Of a stretch of DNA of 64,000 nt, positions 15,008 through 29,120 are shown one piece after another. Source of the stretch: the human T2T-CHM13v2.0 reference genome, Homo sapiens. Where the stretch lies: the NCBI RefSeq assembly GCF_009914755.1, contig NC_060944.1. One strand, given 5' to 3'. Numbering within the stretch: the stretch's first letter is position 1; each line of letters starts with the position of its first letter. The notes under the pieces were generated by a model. The model did not search any database. It had not been told where the DNA came from and was given only the letters and a program-made list of their open reading frames with translations. Made by a program: the position numbers and the translations under genes.

Positions 15008-18000
15008 TGGAATGGAATGGAATGGATTGGAATGGAATGGAATGGATTGGAATGGAATGGAATGGAATGGAATCAACCTGAGTGGAATGGAATGGATTGG
15101 AATGGAATGGAATGGAATGGAATGGAATGGAATGGAATGAAATGAATCCGATTGGAATGGGATGGAATGGAATGCAATGGAATGCAAAGGAATGGAATGG
15201 CATGGAATCAACCAGACTGCAATGAAATGGAATGGAATGGAATGGAATGGAATGGAATGGAATGGATGGAATGGAGTCTACCTGAGTTGAATGTAATGGA
15301 ATCGAATGGAATGGAATGGAATGGAATGGAATGGATTGGAATCAAACCAAGTGGAATGAAATGGAAACGAATGGATTGGAATCGAATGGAATGGAAGCAA
15401 GCCGAGTGGAATAGAGTGGAAGCAACCCGAGTGGAATGAAATGGAATCGATTGGAATGGAATTTAATGGAATCCACCCGAGTGCAATGGAACGGAATGCA
15501 ATGGTATGGATTGGAATGGAATAAACAAGAGTGCATTGGAACGGAATGGAATGGAATGGAATGGAGTGGAATGGAATGGAATCAACCCGAGTGAAATGCA
15601 ATGGAATGCAACGGAATGGAAAGGAATGGAATGGAATCAACGCAATTGCAAAGGAAAGGAATGGAATTGAATGGAGTCAACCTTAGTGGAAATCAATGGA
15701 ATGGAAGGGATTGGGATAGAATGGAATGGAATGGACTGGAACGGAATCAATCCGACTGGTATTGAAAGGAATATGTTGGAATAGAATGGAATAGAATGGA
15801 ACGGAATGGAATGGAATGGAATGGAATGGAATGGAATGGAATGAAATGGAATGGAATCAACCTGAGTGGAATGGAATGGAATGGAATGGAAAGGAATCAA
15901 ACCAAGTTGAATGGAAAGGAATCGCATGGAATGCAATGGAATGGAATCAACCCAAGTGGAAAGGAATGGAATGGAATGGAATGGAATGGAATGGAATGGA
16001 ATGGATTCGAATGGAATGGAATGGAATGCAGTCAACCCGAGTGGAATGCTATGGAATCTAATGGAATGGAATGGAATGCAATCAACCCAACTGGAATTGA
16101 ATGCAAAGGAATGTAATGGAATGGAATGGAATCAACACGAGTGGAATGCAATGGAATGGAATAGAATGGAATGGAATGGAATGAAATGTAATCAAACTGT
16201 GTGGAACGGAATGGAATGGAATGGAATGGAGTCAACCCGAGTAGAATGGAATGGAATGGAATGGATTGGAATCGAATGGAAAGGAATGGAATGGAAGCAA
16301 GCCGAGTGGAATGAAATGGAATCGATTGGAATGGAATGGAATGGAATCCACCCGAGTACAATGGAACGGAATACAATGGTATGGATTGGAATGGAATAAA
16401 CAAGAGTGGATTGTAACGGAATGGATTAGAATGGAATGGAGTGGAATGGAGTGGAAGCAACCCGAGTGAAATGCAATGGAATGGAACGGAATGGAAAGGA
16501 ATGGAATGGAATCAACGCAATTGCAAAGGAATGGAATGGAATTGAATGGAGTCAACCGGAGCGGAAATCAATGGAATGGAAGGGATTGGGATAGAATGGA
16601 ATGGAATGGACTGGAATGTAATCAATCCGACTGGTATTGAAAGGAATATGTTGGAATGGAATGGAAAGGATTGGAATGGAATGGAATGGAATGGAATGGA
16701 ATGGAATCAACCTGAGTGGAATGGAATGGAATGGAATGGAAAGGAATCAAACCAGGTGGAATGGAAAGTAATCGAATGGAATGTAATGGAATGGAATCAA
16801 CCCAAGTGGAAAGGAATGGAATGGAATGGATTTGAATGGAATGGAATGGAATGTAGTCAACCCGAGTGGAATGGTATGGAATCTCATGGAATGGAATGCA
16901 ATCAACCCAACTGGAATTGAATGCAAATGACTGTAATGGAATGGAATGGAATCAACACGAGTGGAATGGAATGGAATGAAATGGAATGGAAAGGAATGGA
17001 ATGGAATGGAATGAAATGTAATCATACTGTGTGGAACGGAATGGAATGGAATGGAATGGAGTCACCCCGAGTGGAATGGAATGAAATGGAATGGAATGGA
17101 ATGGAATGGAATGGAATGGAATGGAATGGAATGGATTGGAATGGAATGAAATGGAATGGAGTCAACCCGAATGGAATGGAATGGAAAGGTATCAACCCGA
17201 CTGGAATGGAATGGAAAGGAATGGAATGGAATGGAATGGATTGGAATGAAATCAACATGAGTGGAAGGGAAAGGAATTGAATGCAATGAAGTAGAATGGA
17301 ATGGAATCAAAGCAAGTGGAATGGAAAGGATAGGTATAGAATAGAATGGAAAGGAATGGAATGGAAACATCAAGACTGGAATGTAATGCAATAGATTGGA
17401 ATCGATTGGAATGGAATCCACCCGAGTGCAATGAAATGGAATGGAATGGAATGGAAACAACACGAGTGGAATGGAATTGAATGGAATGGATTGGAAGGGA
17501 ATGGAATCGAATGGAATCAACCTGAGTGGAATGGAATGAACTGGAATTGAATGGAATGGAATGAACCCGATTGGAATGGAATGGAATGGAATGGAATGGA
17601 ATGGAATGGAATGGAATGCAATGGATTGGATTCAACCCGAGGGGAATGGAATGGAATGGAGTGGAATGGAATGGAATGGAATGGAATGGAATGGAATGGA
17701 ATGGAATGTTATCAAATTGTGTGGAATGGAACAGAATGGAATGGAATTGACAGGAATCAAACCGAGTAGAATGTAAAGGAATGGAATGGAACGTTATTAA
17801 ACCGAGTGTAATGGAAAGGAATGTAATGGATTGTAATCGAATGGAATGGAATGAAATGGAATCAAACCGAGTGGAATGCTATGGAATGGTTAGGAATGCA
17901 ATGGAATAGAATGGAGTGGAATCAACCAGAGTGGAAGGAATAGAATTGAATGGAAAAGAATGGAATGGAATGGAATGGAATGGAATGGAATGGAATGGAA

Positions 18001-21000
18001 TGGAGAGGATTCAGCCCGTGTGGATGGAATGGAATGGAATGGTATAGAATGGAATGGAATGGAATGGAATGGAATGGAATGGAATCAACCCAACTAGAAT
18101 GGAATGGAATGAACTGGAACGCAATGGAACGGGGAGGAATTGAATGAAATGGTATGGAATGGAATGGAATCGAATCAACAAGAGTGGAATGGAATGGAAT
18201 GCAAAGGAATGCAATGGAATCAACCGCAGTGGAATGGAATGGAATAGAATGGAATGGAAACAAACTGAGTGGAATGGAATGGAATGGAATGGAATGGAAT
18301 GGAATGGAATGGAATGGAATCAACCCGAATGGAATTGAATGGAATGGATTGGAATGGAAATAAACCGTTTGGAATGGAATGGAATGGATTGGAATGGAAT
18401 GGAATGGATTGGAATGGAATGGAATGGAATGGAGTCAACCTGAGTGGAATGGAATGGATTGTAATGGAATGGAATGGAATGGAATGGAATGAAATGAATC
18501 GGATTGGAAGGGGATGGAATGGAATGGAATGGAATGGAATGGAATGGAAAGGAATGGAATTGAATGGAATGGAAAGGAATGGAATGCTATGGAATCAACC
18601 GGACTGCAATGGAATGGAATGGAATGGAATGGAATGGAATGGAATGGATGGAAAGGAATCTACCCGAGTTGAATGTAATGGAATCGAATGGAATGGAATG
18701 GAATGGAATGGAATGGAATGGAATGGAATGGAAAGAATGAAATGGAATGGAAACAACCCGAATGGAATGGAAAGGAATATGTTGGAATGGAATGGAATGG
18801 AATGGAATGGAATGGATTGGAATGGAATGGAATGGATTGGAATGGAATGGAATGGAATGGAATCAACCTGAGTGGAATGGAATGGATTGGAATGGAATGG
18901 AATGGAATGGAATGGAATGGAATGAAATGAATCCGATTGGAATGGGATGGAATGGAATGCAATGGAATGCAAAGGAATGGAATGGCATGGAATCAACCAG
19001 ACTGCAATGAAATGGAATGGAATGGAATGGAATGGAATGGAATGGAATGGAATGGATGGAATGGAGTCTACCTGAGTTGAATGTAATGGAATCGAATGGA
19101 ATGGAATGGAATGGAATGGAATGGATTGGAATCAAACCAAGTGGAATGAAATGGAAACGAATGGATTGGAATCGAATGGAATGGAAGCAAGCCGAGTGGA
19201 ATAGAGTGGAAGCAACCCGAGTGGAATGAAATGGAATCGATTGGAATGGAATTTAATGGAATCCACCCGAGTGCAATGGAACGGAATGCAATGGTATGGA
19301 TTGGAATGGAATAAACAAGAGTGCATTGGAACGGAATGGAATGGAATGGAATGGAGTGGAATGGAATGGAATCAACCCGAGTGAAATGCAATGGAATGCA
19401 ACGGAATGGAAAGGAATGGAATGGAATCAACGCAATTGCAAAGGAAAGGAATGGAATTGAATGGAGTCAACCTTAGTGGAAATCAATGGAATGGAAGGGA
19501 TTGGGATAGAATGGAATGGAATGGACTGGAACGGAATCAATCCGACTGGTATTGAAAGGAATATGTTGGAATAGAATGGAATAGAATGGAACGGAATGGA
19601 ATGGAATGGAATGGAATGGAATGGAATGGAATGGAATGGAATGAAATGGAATGGAATCAACCTGAGTGGAATGGAATGGAATGGAATGGAAAGGAATCAA
19701 ACCAAGTTGAATGGAAAGGAATCGCATGGAATGCAATGGAATGGAATCAACCCAAGTGGAAAGGAATGGAATGGAATGGAATGGAATGGAATGGAATGGA
19801 TTCGAATGGAATGGAATGGAATGCAGTCAACCCGAGTGGAATGCTATGGAATCTAATGGAATGGAATGGAATGCAATCAACCCAACTGGAATTGAATGCA
19901 AAGGAATGTAATGGAATGGAATGGAATCAACACGAGTGGAATGCAATGGAATGGAATAGAATGGAATGGAATGGAATGAAATGTAATCAAACTGTGTGGA
20001 ACGGAATGGAATGGAATGGAATGGAGTCAACCCGAGTAGAATGGAATGGAATGGAATGGATTGGAATCGAATGGAAAGGAATGGAATGGAAGCAAGCCGA
20101 GTGGAATGAAATGGAATCGATTGGAATGGAATGGAATGGAATCCACCCGAGTACAATGGAACGGAATACAATGGTATGGATTGGAATGGAATAAACAAGA
20201 GTGGATTGTAACGGAATGGATTAGAATGGAATGGAGTGGAATGGAGTGGAAGCAACCCGAGTGAAATGCAATGGAATGGAACGGAATGGAAAGGAATGGA
20301 ATGGAATCAACGCAATTGCAAAGGAATGGAATGGAATTGAATGGAGTCAACCGGAGCGGAAATCAATGGAATGGAAGGGATTGGGATAGAATGGAATGGA
20401 ATGGACTGGAATGTAATCAATCCGACTGGTATTGAAAGGAATATGTTGGAATGGAATGGAAAGGATTGGAATGGAATGGAATGGAATGGAATGGAATGGA
20501 ATCAACCTGAGTGGAATGGAATGGAATGGAATGGAAAGGAATCAAACCAGGTGGAATGGAAAGTAATCGAATGGAATGTAATGGAATGGAATCAACCCAA
20601 GTGGAAAGGAATGGAATGGAATGGATTTGAATGGAATGGAATGGAATGTAGTCAACCCGAGTGGAATGGTATGGAATCTCATGGAATGGAATGCAATCAA
20701 CCCAACTGGAATTGAATGCAAATGACTGTAATGGAATGGAATGGAATCAACACGAGTGGAATGGAATGGAATGAAATGGAATGGAAAGGAATGGAATGGA
20801 ATGGAATGAAATGTAATCATACTGTGTGGAACGGAATGGAATGGAATGGAATGGAGTCACCCCAAGTGGAATGGAATGAAATGGAATGGAATGGAATGGA
20901 ATGGAATGGAATGGAATGGAATGGATTGGAATGGAATGAAATGGAATGGAGTCAACACGAATGGAATGGAATGGAAAGGTATCAACCCGACTGGAATGGA

Positions 21001-22560
21001 ATGGAAAGGAATGGAATGGAATGGAATGGATTGGAATGGAATCAACATGAGTGGAAGGGAAAGGAATTGAATGCAATGAAGTAGAATGGAATGGAATCAA
21101 AGCAAGTGGAATGGAAAGGATAGGTATAGAATAGAATGGAAAGGAATGGAATGGAAACATCAAGACTGGAATGTAATGCAATAGATTGGAATCGATTGGA
21201 ATGGAATCCACCCGAGTGCAATGAAATGGAATGGAATGGAATGGAAACAACACGAGTGGAATGGAATTGAATGGAATGGATTGGAAGGGAATGGAATCGA
21301 ATGGAATCAACCTGAGTGGAATGGAATGAACTGGAATTGAATGGAATGGAATGAACCCGATTGGAATGGAATGGAATGGAATGGAATGGAATGGAATGGA
21401 ATGCAATGGATTGGATTCAACCCGAGGGGAATGGAATGGAATGGAGTGGAATGGAATGGAATGGAATGGAATGGAATGGAATGGAATGTTATCAAATTGT
21501 GTGGAATGGAACAGAATGGAATGGAATTGACAGGAATCAAACCGAGTAGAATGTAAAGGAATGGAATGGAACGTTATTAAACCGAGTGTAATGGAAAGGA
21601 ATGTAATGGATTGTAATCGAATGGAATGGAATGAAATGGAATCAAACCGAGTGGAATGCTATGGAATGGTTAGGAATGCAATGGAATAGAATGGAGTGGA
21701 ATCAACCAGAGTGGAAGGAATAGAATTGAATGGAAAAGAATGGAATGGAATGGAATGGAATGGAATGGAATGGAATGGAGAGGATTCAGCCCGTGTGGAT
21801 GGAATGGAATGGAATGGTATAGAATGGAATGGAATGGAATGGAATGGAATGGAATGGAATCAACCCAACTAGAATGGAATGGAATGAACTGGAACGCAAT
21901 GGAACGGGGAGGAATTGAATGAAATGGTATGGAATGGAATGGAATCGAATCAACAAGAGTGGAATGGAATGGAATGCAAAGGAATGCAATGGAATCAACC
22001 GCAGTGGAATGGAATGGAATAGAATGGAATGGAAACAAACTGAGTGGAATGGAATGGAATGGAATGGAATGGAATGGAATGGAATGGAATGGAATCAACC
22101 CGAATGGAATTGAATGGAATGGATTGGAATGGAAATAAACCGTTTGGAATGGATTGGAATGGAATGGAATGGATTGGAATGGAATGGAATGGAATGGAAT
22201 CAACCTGAGTGGAATGGAATGGATTGTAATGGAATGGAATGGAATGGAATGGAATGGAATGAAATGAATCGGATTGGAAGGGGATGGAATGGAATGGAAT
22301 GGAATGGAATGGAATGGAAAGGAATGGAATTGAATGGAATGGAAAGGAATGGAATGCTATGGAATCAACCGGACTGCAATGGAATGGAATGGAATGGAAT
22401 GGAATGGAATGGAATGGAATGGATGGAAAGGAATCTACCCGAGTTGAATGTAATGGAATCGAATGGAATGGAATGGAATGGAATGGAATGGAATGGAATG
22501 GAATGGAAAGAATGAAATGGAATGGAAACAACCCGAATGGAATGGAAAGGAATATGTTGG
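15008..22560 (+). repeat. Near-identical ~3.79 kb tandem duplication (copy 1 ~15008-18785, copy 2 ~18786-22560)
   Basis: Identical translated strings at 15278/19068, 16032/19827, 16546/20341, 18011/21786, 18144/21919. Markers CCTTAGTGG 15681/19471 and AATATGTTGG ending at 18785/22560. Offsets 3775-3800, changing only by multiples of 5. Confidence 0.95.
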
Positions 22561-25130
22561 AATGGAATGGAATGGAATGGAATCGAATGGAATTTAATGG
22601 AAAGGAATGGAATGGAATGGAATGGAATGCAACGAAAAGGAATGGAAAGGAATCAACTAGAATGGAATAGTATGGAATGGAATAGAATGGAGTGGAATTT
22701 AATGGAATGAAATGGAATCAACACGAGTGGAATGCAGTAGAATTGAATGGAATGCAATGGAATGCAATGGAATGGAATGGAATGGAATGGAATGGAATGG
22801 AATCAACCCATATGGAATGGAATGGATTGAAAAGAATTGGAATGGAAAGGAATGGAATGGAATGGAATGGGATCAACAAGAGTGGAATGGAATGGAATGG
22901 AATGGAATGGAATGCAATGGAATGGAATCAACCCGACTGGAATGGAATGGAATGCAATGCAACGAAGTGGAATGGAATGGAAAGGTATGGAATGGAATGC
23001 AAACGAATCAACACGAGTGGAATGTAATGGAATGCAAAGGAATGAAAAGGAATGCAATGGAATCAACCCGAGTGGAAGGGAATGGAATAGAATGGAATGA
23101 AATGGAATGGAATGGAATGGAATGGAATGGAAGGGAATGGAATGGAATGGAAAGCAATGGAATGGAGTCGAATCAACCAGAGTGGAATAGAATTCAGTGG
23201 AATGGAAAGGAATGGAATTAACCAGAGTGGAATGGAATGAAACGGAATGGAATGGAAAGCAACGGAATTGAATAGAATCAACCAGAGTTGAATGGAATTG
23301 AATGGAATGGAATGGAATCAACCCTAATGAAATGGAATGGAATGGAATTGAATGGAATTACCCCGAGTGAAATGGCATGGAAAGGAACGGAATACAATTT
23401 AAAGGAATGGAATGGAATCAACCCGAGTGGAATGGAATGGAAACAAACTGAGAGGAATGGAATGGAATGGAATGGAATGGAATCAACTCGAATGGAATTG
23501 AATGGAATGGATTGGAATGGAAACAAACCGTTTAGAATGGAATGGAATGGATTGGAATGGAATGGAATGGATTGGAATGGAATGGAATCAACCTGAGTGG
23601 AATGGAATGGATAGGAATGGAATGGAATGGAATGGAATGAAATGAACCCTATTGGAATGGGATGGAATGGAATGGAATGGAATGGAATGGAATGGAATGG
23701 AATGGAATCAAACCGAATGGAATTGAATGGAATGGATTGGAATGGAAACAAACCGTTTGGAATTGAATGGAATGGATTGGAATGGAATGGAATGGAATGG
23801 AATGGAATGGAATCAACCTGAGTGGAATGGAATGGATTGGAATGGAATGGAATGGAATGGAATGGAATGGAATGGAATGAAATGAATCCGATTGGAATGG
23901 GATGGAATGGAATGGAATGGAATGGAATGGAATGGAAAGGAATGGAATGGCATGGAATCAACCGGACTGCAATGAAATGGAATGGAATGGAATGGAATGG
24001 AATGGAATGGAATGGATGGAATGGATTCTACCCGAGTTGAATGTAATGGAATGGAATGGAATGGAATGGAATGGAATGGAATGGAATGGAATGGAATCAA
24101 ACCAAGTGGAATTAAATGGAAAGGAATGGATTGGAATCGAATGGAAAGGAATGGAAAGGAAGCAAGCCGCGTACAATGGAATGGAAGCAAGCCGAGTGGA
24201 ATGAAATGGAATCGATTGGAATGGAATTTAATGGAATCCACCCGAGTGCAATGGAACGGAATGCAATGGTATGGATTGGAATGGAATAAACAAGAGTGGA
24301 TTGGAACGGAATGGAATGGAATGGAATGGAGTGGAATGGAATGGAATCAACCCGAGTGAAATGCAATGGAATGCAACGGAATGGAAAGGAATGGAATGGA
24401 ATCAACGCAATTGCAAAGGAATGGAATGGAATTGAATGGAGTCAACCTTAGTGGAAATCAATGGAATGGAAGGGATTGGGATAGAATGGAATGGAATGGC
24501 CTGGAAAGGAACCAATCCGACTGGTATTGAAAGGAATATGTTGGAATAGAATGGAATAGAATGGAATGGAATGGAATGGAATGGAATGGAATGGAATGGA
24601 ATGGAATGAAATGGAATGGAATCAACCTGAGTGGAATGGAATGGAATGGATTGGAAAGGAATCAAACCAAGTGGAATGGAAAGGAATCTCATGGAATGCA
24701 ATGGAATGGAATCAACCCAAGTGGAAAGGAATGGAATCAACCCAAGTGGAAAGGAATGGAATGGAATGGAATGGAATGGAATGGAATGGAATGGAATGGA
24801 TTCGAATGGAATGGAATGGAATGCAGTCAACCCGAGTGGAATGCTATGGAATCTAATGGAATGGAATGGAATGCAATGAACCCAACTGGAATTGAATGTA
24901 AAGGAATGTAATGGAATGGAATGGAATCAACACGAGTGGAATGCAATGGAATGGAATAGAATGGAATGGAATGGAATGAAATGTAATCAAACTGTGTGGA
25001 ACGGAATGGAATGGAATGGAATGGAGTCAACCCGAGTAAAATGGAATGTAATGGAATGGATTGGAATCGAATGGAAAGGAATGGAATGGAAGCAAGCCGA
25101 GTGGAATGAAATGGAATCGATTGGCATGGA
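22560..25130 (+). repeat. Older paralog of ~13050-16330 lacking ~750 bp of internal sequence
   Basis: CAACTAGAATGGAATAGTATGG ~13155/22654, AGTCGAATCAACCAG 14401/23166, AACCGTTTAG 14781/23526, ACCCTATTGG 14901/23646, CCTTAGTGG 15681/24446. Confidence 0.8.
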
Positions 25131-28100
25131 ATGGAATGGAATGGAATGGAATGGAATCAACCCGAATGGAATTGAATGGAATGGATTGGAAAGGAAACAA
25201 ACCGTTTGGAATGGAATGGAATGGATTGCAATGGAATGGAATGGATTGGAATGGAATGGAATGGAATGGAATCAACCTGAGTGGAGTGCAATGGATTGTA
25301 ATGGAATGGAATGGAATGGAATGGAATGGAATGGAATGGAATGGAATGGAATGAAATGAATCCGATTGGAAGGGTATGGAATGGAATGGAATGGAATGGA
25401 ATGGAATGGAATGGAATGGAATGGAAAGGAATGGAATGGAATGGAAAGGAATGGTATGTCATGGAATCAACAGGACTGCAATGGAATGGAATGGAATGGA
25501 AGGGAATGGAATGGAATGGAATGGAATGGAATGGAATGGATGGAAAGGAATCTACCCGAGTTGAATGTAATGGAATCGAATGGAATGGAATGGAAAGGAA
25601 TGGAATTGAATCAAACCAACTGGAATGAAATGGAAACGAATGGATTGGAATCGAATGGAAAGGAATGGAATGGAAGCAAGCCGAGTGGAATGAAATGGGA
25701 TCGATTGGAATGGAATTTAATGGAATCCACCCGAGTGCAATGCAACGGAATGCAATGGTATGGATTGTAATGGAATAAACAAGAGTGGATTGGAACGGAA
25801 TAGAATGGAATGGAATGGAATGGAGTGGAATGGAATGGAATCAACCCGAGTGAAATGCAATGGAATGGAACGGAATGGAAAGGAATGGAATGGAATCAAC
25901 GCAATTGCAAAGGAATGGAATGGAATTGAATGGAGTCAACCGTAGTGGAAATCAATGGAATGGAAGGGATTGGGATAGAATGGAATGGAATGGACTGTAA
26001 CGGAATCAATCCGACTGGTATTGAAAGGAATATGTTGGAATAGAATGGAATGGAATGGAATGGAATGGAATGGAATGGAATGGAATGGAATGAAATGGAA
26101 TGGAATCAACCTGAGTGGAATGGAATGGAATGGAATGGAATGGAATGGAATGGAATGGAATGGAATGGAAAGGAATCAAACCAAGTGGAATGGAAAGGAA
26201 TCGCATGGAATGCAATGGAATGGAATCAACCCAAGTGGAAAGGAATGGAATGGAATGGAATGGAATGGAATGGAATGGAATGGATTGGAATGGAATGGAT
26301 TCGAGTGGAATGGAATGGAATGCAGTCAACCCGAGTGAATGGTATGGAATCTAATGGAATGGAATGGAATGCAATCAACCCAACTGGAATTGAATGCAAA
26401 GGAATGTAATGGAATGGAATGGAATCAACACGAGTGGAATGCAATGGAATGGAATAGAATGGAATGGAATGGAATGAAATGTAATCAAACTGTGTGGAAC
26501 GGAATGGAATGGAATGGAATGGAGACAACCCGAGTAGAATGGAATGGAATGGAATGGATTGGAATCGAATGGAAAGGAATGGAATGGAAGCAAGCCGAGT
26601 GGAATGAAATGGAATCGATTGGAATGGAATGGAATGGAATCCACCCGAGTACAATGGAACGGAATGCAATGGTATGGATTGGAAAGGAATAAACAAGAGT
26701 GGATTGGAACGGAATGGATTGGAATGGAATGGAGTGGAATGGAATGGAATCAACCCGAGTGAAATGCAATGGAATGGAACGGAATGGAAAGGAATGGAAT
26801 GGAATCAACGCAATTGCAAAGGAATGGAATAGAATTGAATGGAGTAAACCGGAGTGGAAATCAATGGAATGGAAGGGATTGGGATAGAATGCAATGGAAT
26901 GGACTGGAATGGAATCAATCTGACTGGTATTGAAAGGAATATGTTGGAATAGAATGGAAAGGATTGGAATGGAATGGAATGGAATGGAATGGAATGCAAC
27001 GGAATGGAATCAACCTGACTGGAATGGAATGGAATGCAATGGAACGGAGTGGAATGGAATGGAAAGGTATGGAATGGAATGGAAACGAATCAAATCGAGT
27101 GGAATGGAATGGAATGCAAAGGAATGAAAAGGAATGCAATGGAATCAACCCGAGTGGAATGGAATGGAATAGATTGGAATGGAATGGAATGGAATGGAAT
27201 GGAATGGAAGGGAATAGAATGGAATGGAATGGAATCAACACGATGGGGATGGAATGGATTTGAATGGAATGGAATGGAATGGAATGGAATGGAATGGAAT
27301 GGAAAGGAATCAAGCCTTGTATAATCGAAAGGAATTGAATGGAATGCAATGGAATGCAATGGAATGGAAAGGAATCAAACCGAGTGGAATGCAATGGAAT
27401 GGAATGGAATGGAAAGGAATGCAAAGGAGTGCAATGGAATCAAAGCGATTGCCAAGGAATTGAATGGAATGGAATGGAATCAACCGGAGTGGAATGCAAC
27501 GGAATGGAAGGCATTGGGATAGAATGGAATTGAAAGGAATGGAATGGAATCAACCCGTGTGGTATGGAAAGGAATATGTTGGAATGGAATGGAATGAAAT
27601 GGAATGGAATGGAATGGAATGGAATGGAATGGAATCAACAAAACTGGAATGGAACGGAATAGAATAGAATGCAATGGAATGGAATGGAATGGAATGGAAT
27701 GCAATGGAGTCAACCCGAATTGAATCGAATGGAATGGAATGCAATGGAATGGAATGGAATGGAATGGAATAGAATCAAACCGAGTTGAGTGGATTGGAAC
27801 TTAATGCAATGGAATGGATTAAATTGGAATGAAAATGAATGGAATGCAATAGAGTGCAATGGAACGGAATGGAAAGGAATCAACCCGAATGGAATTGAAT
27901 GGAGTGGATTGGAATGGAAACAAACCGTTTGGAATGGAATGGAATGGATTGGAATGGAATGGAATGGAATGGAATGGAATGGAATGGAATCAACCTGAGT
28001 GGAATGGAATGGATTGGAATGGAATGGAATGGAATGGAATGGAATGGAATGGAATGAACCCGATTGGAATGCGATGGAATGGAATGGAATGGAATGGAAA

Positions 28101-29120
28101 GGAATGGAATGGCATGGAATCAACCGGACTGCAATGGAATGGAAAGGAATGGAATGGAATGGAATAGAATGGAATGGATGGAATGGAATCTACCTGAGCT
28201 GTATGTAATGGAATCGAATGCAATGGAATGGAATGGAATGGAATGGAATGGAATAGAATGGAATGGAATGGAATAGAATCAAACCAACTGGAATGAAATG
28301 GAAAGGAATGGATTGGAATCGAATGGAAAGGAATGGAATGGAAACAAGCCGAGTGGAATGAAATGGAATGGATTGGAATGGAATGGAATCCACCCGAGTG
28401 CAATGGAACGGAATGCAATGGTATGGATTGGAATGGAATAAACAAGAGTGGATTGGAACGGAATGGAATGGAATGGAATGGAGTGGAATGGAGTGGAATC
28501 AACCCGCGTGAAATGCAATGGAATGGAACGGAATGGAAAGGAATGGAATGGAATCAACGCAATTGCAAAGGAATGGAATGGAATTTAATGGAGTCAACCG
28601 GAGTGGAAATCAATAGAATGGAAGGGATTGGGATAGAATGGAATTGAATGGACTGGAACGGAATCAATCCGACTACCATTGAAAGGAATATGTTGGAATA
28701 GAACGGAATAGAATGGAATGGAATGGAATGGAATGGAATGGAATGGAATGGAATGAAATGGAATGGAATCAACCTGAGTGGAATGGAATGGAATGGAATG
28801 GAAAGGAATGAAACCAAGTGGAATGGAAAGGAATCGCATGGAATGCAGTGGAATGGAATCAACCCAAGTGGAAAGGAATGGAATGGAATGGAATGGAATG
28901 GAATGGAATGGAATGGATTCGAATGGAATGGAATGCAATGCAGTCAACCCGAGTGGAATGGTATGGAATCTAATGGAATGGAATGCAATCAACCCAACTG
29001 GAATTGAATGCAAAGGAATGGAATGGAATGTAATGGAATCAACATGAGTGGAATGCAATGGAATGGAATAGAATGGAATGGAATGGAATGAAATGTAATC
29101 AAACTGTGTGGAACGGAATG
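23700..29120 (+). repeat. Three diverged copies of a ~1.3-1.5 kb module (~23700-25130, ~25150-26630, ~27870-29120)
   Basis: The order CAAACCGTTTGG - CTACC[C/T]GAG - CAACGCAATTGC - CCGACT..ATTG - CAAACTGTGTGG recurs, e.g. 24517/26011/28669 and 24988/26486/29100. Confidence 0.7.

Noticed and set aside
15008-22560. DYZ1 (Y-chromosome ~3.6 kb HSat3 unit)
   Set aside because: The period is ~3.79 kb and present only twice, so there is no continuous regular higher-order repeat across the window.
24711-24760. 25-bp tandem duplication ATCAACCCAAGTGGAAAGGAATGGA
   Set aside because: Real, but an ordinary in-phase slippage event with no further significance.
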